Assembly: GCA_036676395.1 (NCBI GenBank)
Contig: JAKFCY010000002.1
Location: 960,001-1,024,000 of the forward strand
Direction of reading: 5' to 3'
Source of the DNA: Bdellovibrio sp.
GTDB taxonomy: Bacteria; Bdellovibrionota; Bdellovibrionia; Bdellovibrionales; Bdellovibrionaceae
Length of the DNA stretch: 64,000 bases
Under the pieces are notes generated by a model, which worked only from the letters and a program-made list of their open reading frames with translations, did no database searches and was not told where the DNA came from. Shown here one piece after another: positions 49,503 to 57,331 of the stretch. The translations under genes were made by a program, and so were the position numbers. The stretch's first letter is position 1. Each line of letters opens with the position of its first letter.

Positions 49503-49937
49503 CTACCGGCAGTAAAGCCCTGGTTGATCACCCAAATCTTTGAAATTAAAATAGGCTTTCGCATCCAAATCATTGATAAACACTTGGCCTGTGTAGTGGG
49601 TGTATTCACCCTCAGTCGAAGTTTGCGGGTATAAACGTAAATGCACACCATCGGTATCACCGCGCAAATTGATGTCGGTTGTGTAAATTTCAGGAGTCAT
49701 GCGAAGACTTTTGTTTTCATAAACTTTTACATCGTTTTTAAACACTGAAAGTGTGGCGCTGAAAAATAAAAAACCGATAAACGGGTGCATTGGATCAATC
49801 GGGCGAAAAAAAGAAATTGCAACGGTGTGATCTTCACTTTTTGCTGTTTTGCAATTAATTGAGTTCAATGCAACAGCAGAAGCTTTATTCGAGATGGTTA
49901 AGATTAAAACAAGAATTAAAAATTTTAGGATATTCAT
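49503..49937 (-). CDS. Secreted hypothetical protein
   Basis: Signal peptide starts at ATG 49937. The longer ORF-track extension overlaps the opposite-strand gene. Confidence 0.65.
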   Translation of the reverse strand: MNILKFLILVLILTISNKASAVALNSINCKTAKSEDHTVAISFFRPIDPMHPFIGFLFFSATLSVFKNDVKVYENKSLRMTPEIYTTDINLRGDTDGVHLRLYPQTSTEGEYTHYTGQVFINDLDAKAYFNFKDLGDQPGLYCR

Positions 49938-50058
49938 GGCTTTGTTTTTAAAACACCGATGAATTGAATGGCAAGCAAACAGTCTAGTTGTAGCTAGATA
50001 AAACTCACATGAGAAATCAAGACTTGAGAAGTGTGCTTGCCTTAGTTTTAATATTAAT

Positions 50059-50712
50059 ATGTTTAAAAAATCGCTTATTTCTGTTGCTGTTGTATCTTTT
50101 TTTTCAATGAGTTCTTTAGCCGCGGATAAGGGCCAAGGCAGATTGTTTTTAGGTTCTACAAAAATTAATCCTGAAAATGTAAACACTGAACTTGAATCTC
50201 AAGGCTTAAAAGAATTCGACATGATCAATCAGTTTGGTGTTGAGATTACATTGCCTGCGCTAAAATTTGCCAATGCGGGTTTTCGTTATACACATAGAAT
50301 GATTAAAGAAGAAGAGCTAGCGGCCAGCACGGTTACTGATTACCATGCAGAACTAACTCAACAAGTGTTTGCCGGAATTTTAAGAGCACCGTTAAATAAC
50401 AGCGACTATGCAAAATTTGATTTATTTGTCGGTGCGGGTGTAACAAGCAGTGAATTAAAAATTAAATCACTTACACAAGATGGTTCAGTTGATAAAAAAG
50501 GTTACGCATCACCTATGGCCGTAGCCGGCGGATCAGCTTCATTTGGAGTTAAGAGTATATTTTTTACGATTGAAGCGGGTTACGAATACAATAAAGTAAC
50601 CGGTCTTAAGGAAACGGATACAGTCAGCGGTAATATCGATGAATTCGATTTATCGGGGGGATATTTAACGATTGGTTTAATGTTCGACGGCGTTCCGGTA
50701 TTTAAGAAGTAG
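50059..50712 (+). CDS. Outer-membrane beta-barrel protein (small, about 8 strands)
   Basis: Signal peptide, amphipathic strands (FDLFVGAGV, FFTIEAGYEY, DLSGGYLTIGLMF). Confidence 0.7.
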   Translation: MFKKSLISVAVVSFFSMSSLAADKGQGRLFLGSTKINPENVNTELESQGLKEFDMINQFGVEITLPALKFANAGFRYTHRMIKEEELAASTVTDYHAELTQQVFAGILRAPLNNSDYAKFDLFVGAGVTSSELKIKSLTQDGSVDKKGYASPMAVAGGSASFGVKSIFFTIEAGYEYNKVTGLKETDTVSGNIDEFDLSGGYLTIGLMFDGVPVFKK

Positions 50713-50852
50713 GCTTTGCAGAATTTTGCATCGCTATTATGATCCTGCAAGCTGCAGGTCGGGCATGCTTGCGTTGATACTTTGTGATGGCTTGATGCGC
50801 GCGCAATTTCAGAAGTCACGATACCTGTCGGAATCGCAATGATCGCATAGCC
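50713..50852 (-). pseudogene. Fragment of an ion transporter (K+ channel family) C-terminus
   Basis: Reads GYAIIAIPTGIVTSEIARASSHHKVSTQACPTCSLQDHNSDAKFCK: end of the S6 helix plus a zinc ribbon, lacking the N-terminal channel and the final CG. Confidence 0.75.
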
Positions 50853-50854
50853 AC

Positions 50855-52135
50855 TTACTGTTCAGCGCACAGAACTGATAATGATGTTGAACATAATACG
50901 GATGCAGAACCGTAATCAGGTGTCGCGCTTCCTGCGTTATTCACAAAGCCGTTGAAAGTTGGTTCAGACCAGCCGCCGCAGTGTTGAAACGTAGCTGAAA
51001 GCGCTGCCGAGTTTGTCATTCCGCTCCAGTACTGACCGCCACTAGCAATGGGTTCTTCAAATTCATCTTCGAAATAACCATGAACATTAGTAGTCCCAAT
51101 AAAAGTCACGTTATCAGCACGGCGATAATTCATGTTTGGGTATAAAACCCAGTCAATAGATTGCTCCATTGCCGTTGCGCCACTACAAGCACCTGATTCG
51201 CACACACGACGAACCACCGAAGTGCCGCCTCCTGATGGATTTTCACGTCCAACGACAACTGCTTTATAAGTGCCAGTTAAACCGTTGGTGACAGCATCAG
51301 CGGCGCACACACTATCCATAGCAGGAATTCCGCCATCACCGCGCACACCAGTTGTCGACATAAATAATCGTTTATAGTCACCTGGTGGTGGTAACTGTTT
51401 TGTTTGCACACAATAGATCGGATGTTTTTGATCGCAGAATTGTTTCGTAGGGTCCTGATTGTACACAAAGGGTGAACCCCAAAATTGCGTATAGCCTAGA
51501 TCGACATACTCGTCGTCTATACCAAAATCTAACGACGACTTACCATAATTCGCCATCGTAGCGCCTGTGTTATCGTTATCATTGCGCGACCAATCCGAAC
51601 AGTTCATGGAATCAACTGCCCAGTTATTTGTTAACCCAGTCCACGGGAGCAAGTTATTGCCCGGTGCGGTGATTGAAGTGCTCGATGCGGCAGGAATAAT
51701 GATTCCGTGGCTTGCATCATCTTCTGCGTAGCCGATGACCGTCGTTAAATCTTCACGACGATATTCTTTACCTGCGCGTAAAATCCAGTCAGTGCCATTC
51801 GCGTAACGCTGATTTACACCGATCATTGCTTTAAATGTTCCGCCAAACCCCTTAGTTACTTTTTCTGTTTCACAAAGGGCATCAAAACTAGTTAAGCCAG
51901 ATCCTGTACCACTAGCGACGCCAGTGCCGTTAACTTCAGTGGTTGTTACAAAAACAATGCGATAGTTTTCCTGGGTGGTCATCGCTGGAGTTTCGCCATC
52001 GCCGTCGCCAGTTCCGCCACCATCAGTACTTGGAGTCTCGACAACTTCTTCCTTTTTTTTCTCGAAGCATCCTGTTAATGCAAGCGATACGGTAAACAAT
52101 AAAATCGGAAAAAGATTGTGTAATTGTAATTTCAT
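50855..52135 (-). CDS. Lipoprotein with tandem DUF1554 (Leptospira endostatin-like) domains
   Basis: Lipobox LTGC. Two repeats: DALC...FKAMI...DWILRAGKEYRRED.TTVIG...WTGL...C.DW...IYCVQ and DSVC...YKAVV...DWVLYPNMNYRRAD..TFIGTTN...WSGM...VLCAEQ. Confidence 0.8.
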   Translation of the reverse strand: MKLQLHNLFPILLFTVSLALTGCFEKKKEEVVETPSTDGGGTGDGDGETPAMTTQENYRIVFVTTTEVNGTGVASGTGSGLTSFDALCETEKVTKGFGGTFKAMIGVNQRYANGTDWILRAGKEYRREDLTTVIGYAEDDASHGIIIPAASSTSITAPGNNLLPWTGLTNNWAVDSMNCSDWSRNDNDNTGATMANYGKSSLDFGIDDEYVDLGYTQFWGSPFVYNQDPTKQFCDQKHPIYCVQTKQLPPPGDYKRLFMSTTGVRGDGGIPAMDSVCAADAVTNGLTGTYKAVVVGRENPSGGGTSVVRRVCESGACSGATAMEQSIDWVLYPNMNYRRADNVTFIGTTNVHGYFEDEFEEPIASGGQYWSGMTNSAALSATFQHCGGWSEPTFNGFVNNAGSATPDYGSASVLCSTSLSVLCAEQ

Positions 52136-52142
52136 GTAGAAC

Positions 52143-52170
52143 ACTTCGGAAAAAAACAGATAGAAGTTGA
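52143..52170 (-). promoter_or_regulatory. Candidate sigma28 promoter for the DUF1554 gene
   Basis: Minus strand TCAAC-N15-TCCGAAGT, degenerate. Confidence 0.35.
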
Positions 52171-52241
52171 GCGAAACTTGGTCTGGGTATTCTCAAGATA
52201 AGACACTTCAATCAGGAACCATTTATGACGATAGGTTCGTT

Positions 52242-52544
52242 ATGAAAAACACCAAATTAAAAATCACGTTAGTGGTTGCGATACTTACAATTTGCACCAG
52301 CTGCGGTCTTAAAGTGATCAATCCGAACGAACCCAATAACAAAGGCACCCTGGCTTTAGATGTGTCATCGGGCAGTCCAAAACTGGTTGAAACTTACACC
52401 TGTAAGCTGCAATGGATGGGAAATCGCTTTTCAGCCGTGGGTAAAACTGAAGCAGAAGCTCGCACCGAAGTCGTGGCGAAATGCCAAGATCGTACGTTGA
52501 TTTCTAACTGCAAAGCTGATAACGCTAAGTGCGAAAAGAACTAA
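52242..52544 (+). CDS. Small Cys-containing lipoprotein
   Basis: ATG 52242, lipobox CTSC, FSAVGKTEAEAR..V..KC...C.....C. Confidence 0.7.
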   Translation: MKNTKLKITLVVAILTICTSCGLKVINPNEPNNKGTLALDVSSGSPKLVETYTCKLQWMGNRFSAVGKTEAEARTEVVAKCQDRTLISNCKADNAKCEKN

Positions 52545-52564
52545 CCCCAAACCAGAGGAATTTT

Positions 52565-52891
52565 ATGCCAGTTTTCATTGCAAAAGTAATGTTACAAGAA
52601 GTCGAGAGCGAAGATATTTACGAAGAATTAGATCAAGCGATGGCTGACGAAGAAGGTTACCCGTACATTACTGATGAAAACGAAAAAATTTACGCGTTAC
52701 CACCAGATGAATATGAATTTGAAACTGAACTTTCTGGTAAAGAATTATTAAACATCATCAAAACTATTTGTGGCACCATCGAAAAAAAGCACAAACTAAA
52801 AAAATCTCCGATTGTATTAGTTGAAGCTGAAGATGTTTTTCACGCCAATCTAGAAGAATTATCTGACGAAGATTTTCAGTCACTTAATTAA
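52565..52891 (+). CDS. Acidic GhoS/DUF2622-like protein
   Basis: GAGG RBS. MPVFIAKVML....SEDIYEELDQAM...GYPYITDENEKIYALPPDEY fits the GhoS-like pattern. Confidence 0.55.
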   Translation: MPVFIAKVMLQEVESEDIYEELDQAMADEEGYPYITDENEKIYALPPDEYEFETELSGKELLNIIKTICGTIEKKHKLKKSPIVLVEAEDVFHANLEELSDEDFQSLN

Positions 52892-53430
52892 TGGCTTTAC
52901 CCTCAAAGCTTTACAGATTTAAGATTGAACTGTCTGATCTTGAAAAAGGATCATACCAATCGTTAGACTTTCGGGTGGCGCAACATCCGTCTGAAAGTCT
53001 TTCATATTTGTTAACCAGAGTTTTAGCTTACTGTTTAAGTTATGAAGAGGGTCTTGAATTTTCATCGCAAGGTTTAGCTGACCCTGACGCTCCCGCGATC
53101 AGTGTGCCGACACCAAACGGTAATCCCAAAGTGTGGATTGAAATCGGCAACCCTTCAGCGCGCCGAGTTCATAAGGCGTCTAAAACCGCAAATACCGTTA
53201 AAATATACACCTATAAAGACCCGCAAGTTTTATTAAATGAACTGAATTCTGAAACAGTTCATCGCAAAGAAGAATTGCAAATCTATTCGTTATCAGCTGA
53301 ATTTTTAAATCAGTTAGAAAACGCTATGCAAAAAGATAATAAATGGACTGTGATCAATATGGATGGCGCTATTATGGTGAATGGCGAAAATTTTGATTTA
53401 CAGTGTGATGTAAAACGCCACCAACTCTGA
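52891..53430 (+). CDS. yaeQ: YaeQ family protein
   Basis: MAL.S..Y...I.LSD, AQHPSE, RVLAY, GLADPDAP, WIEIG.P. Confidence 0.9.
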   Translation: MALPSKLYRFKIELSDLEKGSYQSLDFRVAQHPSESLSYLLTRVLAYCLSYEEGLEFSSQGLADPDAPAISVPTPNGNPKVWIEIGNPSARRVHKASKTANTVKIYTYKDPQVLLNELNSETVHRKEELQIYSLSAEFLNQLENAMQKDNKWTVINMDGAIMVNGENFDLQCDVKRHQL

Positions 53431-53501
53431 CAAATTACCCCGTAATAAATTAAATTTTACTTTTTATGTAGCGCTTTGCTGCATTTTTTCTGTATTTCAT
53501 A

Positions 53502-53517
53502 TGGCACATTTTTCGCA
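53502..53517 (+). promoter_or_regulatory. Candidate sigma54 promoter
   Basis: TGGCAC-ATTTT-TCGCA (GG-N10-GC), about 50 bp upstream of the BON gene. Confidence 0.55.
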
Positions 53518-53568
53518 AACTTTAATTCATTTGAAAATTATCTTAACCCAAGCAAAGGAAAGAAGAAA

Positions 53569-54012
53569 ATGATGAATCGAATTATTATTGCCGCAGTATT
53601 AGTAACAGCAGGATTTGCATGCGCAGAAAAACCATATAGAGCCAATGAAACCAGTGCTCAATCGAACCCGCAAAGTTATGAGCGCTCTACAGCCGCTGAA
53701 ACTGAAACCACTGACATGGATAATACAGCAATGAACAAACGTGATGCCGAAGGAAGACTTCTGCCGACAGATCAAATGCAAGGGTCAACGGCTGATATCG
53801 AATTAACCCGCAAAATTCGCGAGATGTTAACCGATGAAGATTCATTATCTATGAAAGCGCAGAATGTAAAAATCATTACCTTAAAAGGGATCACTACATT
53901 ACGTGGCCCGGTAAACACGATGGCTGAAAAAAGAAAAATCGAACAGTTAGCTAAATCCGCTGGTGCGAAAAGTATTAAAAATCAACTTGAAGTCACAACA
54001 AAAACTGAGTAA
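53569..54012 (+). CDS. BON-domain lipoprotein
   Basis: Lipobox GFAC, DNTAMNKRD, D.ELTRKIR...LS.KAQNVKIIT..G.TTLRGPV...NQLEV. Confidence 0.88.
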   Translation: MMNRIIIAAVLVTAGFACAEKPYRANETSAQSNPQSYERSTAAETETTDMDNTAMNKRDAEGRLLPTDQMQGSTADIELTRKIREMLTDEDSLSMKAQNVKIITLKGITTLRGPVNTMAEKRKIEQLAKSAGAKSIKNQLEVTTKTE

Positions 54013-54038
54013 CAACAAAATAACGAACGGAGAATAAA

Positions 54039-54641
54039 ATGGAATTTAAAAAAAGCGATAAAGTAGTTTATGGATTATTTGAAACAAGAGCGGCTCTTGA
54101 AGCTGCTGTTAATCAATTAAAAAGCGCGGGCTTTTTAAACAGCGACATTTCAGCGTTGCTTCCTTCAGTGGGAGACACCAAAGAATTTGCGCATGAAAAA
54201 CAAACTAAAGCACCAGAAGGTGCAACGACAGGTGTCGCTGGCGGCGCTGTGATCGGTGGAACCTTAGGCTGGTTAGCGGGTATTGGTACCTTAGCGATTC
54301 CAGGCATTGGACCATTTGTAGCAGCTGGTCCGATCTTAGCTGGTCTTGCTGGTGCTGGTGTTGGCGGAGCCGTTGGGGGTATTGCTGGTGCCTTAGTCGG
54401 TATGGGAATTCCAGAATATGAAGCCAAACGTTTTGAAACTGCAGTTAAAGAAGGTGGTATTTTATTATCAGTTCATGCGGGCGTGGGTGACTGGGTTTCT
54501 AAAGCGAAAGACATTTTAAAACAATGCGGCGCTCATGATATTTCATCTACATCAGAAGCAAAAGGTGATGATGATTACGAACGTAGAGATATGCCCTTTG
54601 AACCTAAATCTACAGACACGAACCCAAATAAAAGATACTAG
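54039..54641 (+). CDS. General stress protein (YflT/DUF3341-like, glycine zipper)
   Basis: GF...DISAL, TKAPEGA, LAIPGIGPFVAAGP, GMGIPEYEAKR, GGILLSVH. Confidence 0.85.
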   Translation: MEFKKSDKVVYGLFETRAALEAAVNQLKSAGFLNSDISALLPSVGDTKEFAHEKQTKAPEGATTGVAGGAVIGGTLGWLAGIGTLAIPGIGPFVAAGPILAGLAGAGVGGAVGGIAGALVGMGIPEYEAKRFETAVKEGGILLSVHAGVGDWVSKAKDILKQCGAHDISSTSEAKGDDDYERRDMPFEPKSTDTNPNKRY

Positions 54642-54667
54642 TATATAGAGTATTTAATAAAGTCTAT

Positions 54668-54707
54668 AAGGCAGCTCGAGGTAATTTGCTTCGAGCTGCT
54701 TTTTTTT
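54668..54707 (+). terminator. Rho-independent terminator
   Basis: gcagctcgag...ttcgagctgc followed by a T run. Confidence 0.85.
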
Positions 54708-54829
54708 AGTTGTCTACAGAGTTGACAGTCCTGTTGCTTTTTCCTGTTAACAAGAAAAATCACCCAATAAACAAAACCCATGATATTTTTCTGCCTCACC
54801 AAACCCCAATCCCCTTTATGGAGGCTCTA

Positions 54830-55885
54830 ATGAACAAGAAAAATATCATTAATATCTCGAAAGCTATTAGCTTAAGTGCTGCATTGGTCGTAAGCTTTTC
54901 AGTGCAAGAAGCTTCGGCTCAATCATCAAAATCAAAACCGAAGTACTTAGTTATTCAAAACGTTGCGACAGAAAAAACTCGGGTTTATGAACTTTGTTAC
55001 ACGGCTCCGGGCTGCGCGCATAAAATGGTTTTTGAAACTGTGATGTTAGTTGGTAAACGTAACGAAGAAAGCCAGCAAACTATTCTGGGCACCTATCGTA
55101 TCAGTCAGTGGGTAAAATTCTATCAAGATAATGCTAAAAACTATCCAAGCTGGTATGACCCAGCATTACCAATGCCACCCAAAGCAGACAAAGCGGCTAC
55201 AAAATGGTTTAAAGATGATTACATGCCAAACGGCGGTGAAATGCGCGGAGCCTTTGGTTGGTATGCAGCTTTAGCTGAACCAAATGCTTTCGGTCAATGG
55301 ATGCATGGAACAATCGGCTGGGGAGCGGACGAAGATAAATTCATCAACCGCGCTAAAAAAGGATTCTTTTCTTTATTCGCAGATTTACGTTCACATGGTT
55401 GTACTCGTCATGAAAACAGAGCGATCGCTTATCTTCAGCATTTAGTGCCAGCGGGCACTCCGCTAATTAAAGTTTACGCGGAAGAAGTGGCTGATGACCC
55501 AAGCTTATCGCGTTATGCTGATCAAAAGAATCAATTCTTATTCAACTACGCTTTAACAAAAGCTGATGTGCGTTCAAGTAAAGCGTCTAGTTCTGAATAC
55601 TCTGTGACAATGGCCAAAATAGCTAAAGGCGAAATTAAGCAAGAAGATGTGTTAGAGCAAGGCAGTTACTTAGTTGACCGTGTTCCAACAATTAATGCGA
55701 TCAACACTAAAAAATCTTCTAAATCTGGTGAATCTGGAGATGTGTATGAAGTGGGTCGTGAAAACTTTCGCGGTACATATTCAGTAGATACAGGAAGATT
55801 TGCTAATTACGTTCACCCAACAAAATTAAAAGTTGGCGGAGACCAGTCTTTATTAACTTTACCAGATCTTGTTAAGACGAAATAA
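54830..55885 (+). CDS. L,D-transpeptidase-like exported protein
   Basis: GGAGG RBS, signal peptide, GAFGW, WMHGT...SHGCTR. Confidence 0.8.
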   Translation: MNKKNIINISKAISLSAALVVSFSVQEASAQSSKSKPKYLVIQNVATEKTRVYELCYTAPGCAHKMVFETVMLVGKRNEESQQTILGTYRISQWVKFYQDNAKNYPSWYDPALPMPPKADKAATKWFKDDYMPNGGEMRGAFGWYAALAEPNAFGQWMHGTIGWGADEDKFINRAKKGFFSLFADLRSHGCTRHENRAIAYLQHLVPAGTPLIKVYAEEVADDPSLSRYADQKNQFLFNYALTKADVRSSKASSSEYSVTMAKIAKGEIKQEDVLEQGSYLVDRVPTINAINTKKSSKSGESGDVYEVGRENFRGTYSVDTGRFANYVHPTKLKVGGDQSLLTLPDLVKTK

Positions 55886-55911
55886 TTTTTTAAGTTCAAA
55901 TTTTAGAAAAT

Positions 55912-55942
55912 AAAAAAGCCAGGTTCATCGCCTGGCTTTTTT
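55912..55942 (+). terminator. Rho-independent terminator
   Basis: aaaaaa-gccagg-ttcatcg-cctggc-tttttt. Confidence 0.9.
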
Positions 55943-55959
55943 ATTTGAAGCCAGACCTG

Positions 55960-55988
55960 TTGACAAATTACTCAATCTAACTTAGATT
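55960..55988 (+). promoter_or_regulatory. Sigma70-type promoter for the rsgA leader
   Basis: TTGACA-N17-TAGATT, with an AATCTAA-C-TTAGATT inverted repeat overlapping the -10 box. Confidence 0.65.
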
Positions 55989-56040
55989 ATATTTATTCGC
56001 GGCAATCAAGCCTGCAAAACTTTTCACCCAGGAGGTCTTT

Positions 56041-56085
56041 ATGGAAAATTTAACTATCAAGGGCCTTCTTGCGAATTTGATCTAA
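56041..56085 (+). CDS. Putative leader peptide MENLTIKGLLANLI (uORF)
   Basis: Strong GGAGG RBS at 56031-56035, 14 codons then TAA, overlaps one arm of alternative hairpins. Confidence 0.65.
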   Translation: MENLTIKGLLANLI

Positions 56086-56161
56086 ATTAAAAACATATTA
56101 GATTTCTATTTAAGGCCCTTAAGTCAGTTCGGTTTTTTTGAATTAAACTTAAGGAGTACAC

Positions 56162-57256
56162 ATGCTTAATTCCGATAAGGGATTTTTACAGTTATTTGGT
56201 TGGGATGACTTTTTTGAAAGTCAGATGACCGACAATGTTAATACGTTATATCCAGCTCGAGTTATTTGCGAAGAGAGAAATCTTTATCGAGTGCAAATCG
56301 CACTTGATAAAGTCGTGATGGCTACGATCAGCGGCAAGGTTCAACATAATGCCGTAACTAGGGTTGATTACCCAGCCGTTGGCGATTGGGTTCTGATTGA
56401 ACCTTCAGGTCAGTCAGACAGGGCATTGATTAATCAGGTCTTGCAACGAAAGACGATTGTTCAGAGAAAGCAAGCGGGCTTAACTTCGGATATACAAATT
56501 CTTTCGACCAATGTAGATCATATTTTTATCACTTCGGCCGTAAATCATGATCTGAATTACCGTCGTATCGAACGCTACTTGGCCATCGCCCGTGATGCAG
56601 GTTCAACCCCGGTGGTTCTTTTAACAAAGGCCGACACAGCAGCAGATATTGCTCAAGTGATCGCCGGTGTAGAAAATGAATTTCCAGGTGTGAGTGTTCA
56701 TGCACTTTCAAAAGAAAATTTTGAAAGCGCAGAGTTTTTTAAAGACTATTTAAAAAAAGGAACGACATCGGTGGTGATCGGTTCTTCAGGAGTTGGTAAA
56801 TCGACGCTGGTTAATTTTTTAATTAATAGCGACGAAATTAAAACTCAAACGGCCAGGGGAGACGACTGGAAAGGTCGTCATACCACGACATCGCGCAATT
56901 TGTATGTGAGTCGCTACGGTGGACTCATTATCGATACGCCAGGAATGCGTGAGCTACAACTATCTGATCATTCAGAAGGTATCAGCTCGCAGTTTTCAGA
57001 TGTTGAAGACCTTATAACAAGTTGTCGCTTCAGTGATTGCCTGCATGCGACTGAACCAGGTTGTATGATTATCAAATCACTTGCTGATGGCACGTTGCCT
57101 GATGAAAGATGGCGAAATTATCAAAAGCTTCAAGCCGAAGTTCGTAATGGTCTGCGAAAACAAGATAAAGCCATTGCCGCAGAAGACCGAAAGGTTTGGA
57201 AAAAAAGAAGTATCGATGCCCGTAATAACGGTCGTCCGAAAAAAGGAATCTATTAA
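56162..57256 (+). CDS. rsgA: Ribosome small subunit-dependent GTPase A (RsgA family)
   Basis: PAVGDWV, LTKAD, GSSGVGKSTL, KGRHTTT, IDTPGMRE, CRFSDCLH.TEPGC zinc finger. Confidence 0.95.
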   Translation: MLNSDKGFLQLFGWDDFFESQMTDNVNTLYPARVICEERNLYRVQIALDKVVMATISGKVQHNAVTRVDYPAVGDWVLIEPSGQSDRALINQVLQRKTIVQRKQAGLTSDIQILSTNVDHIFITSAVNHDLNYRRIERYLAIARDAGSTPVVLLTKADTAADIAQVIAGVENEFPGVSVHALSKENFESAEFFKDYLKKGTTSVVIGSSGVGKSTLVNFLINSDEIKTQTARGDDWKGRHTTTSRNLYVSRYGGLIIDTPGMRELQLSDHSEGISSQFSDVEDLITSCRFSDCLHATEPGCMIIKSLADGTLPDERWRNYQKLQAEVRNGLRKQDKAIAAEDRKVWKKRSIDARNNGRPKKGIY

Positions 57257-57290
57257 AGAATGGCGGGGAAACCCGCCGTTCTCATTTATT
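57257..57290 (+). terminator. GC-rich hairpin with GAAA loop, probable terminator or stabiliser
   Basis: agaatggcggg-gaaa-cccgccgttct with a weak U tract. Confidence 0.6.
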
Positions 57291-57331
57291 GAGTCTGAAT
57301 TTTGCTTACTCTGTAAAACAGGGCGGTAAAT

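Noticed and set aside
49938..50186. N-terminal extension of the 227-aa ORF
   Set aside because: Overlaps the opposite-strand OMP gene. The signal peptide begins at ATG 49937.
54039..54641. Gly-rich repeats as a bacteriocin or toxin
   Set aside because: Explained by the common glycine-zipper stress-protein family that typically pairs with BON proteins.
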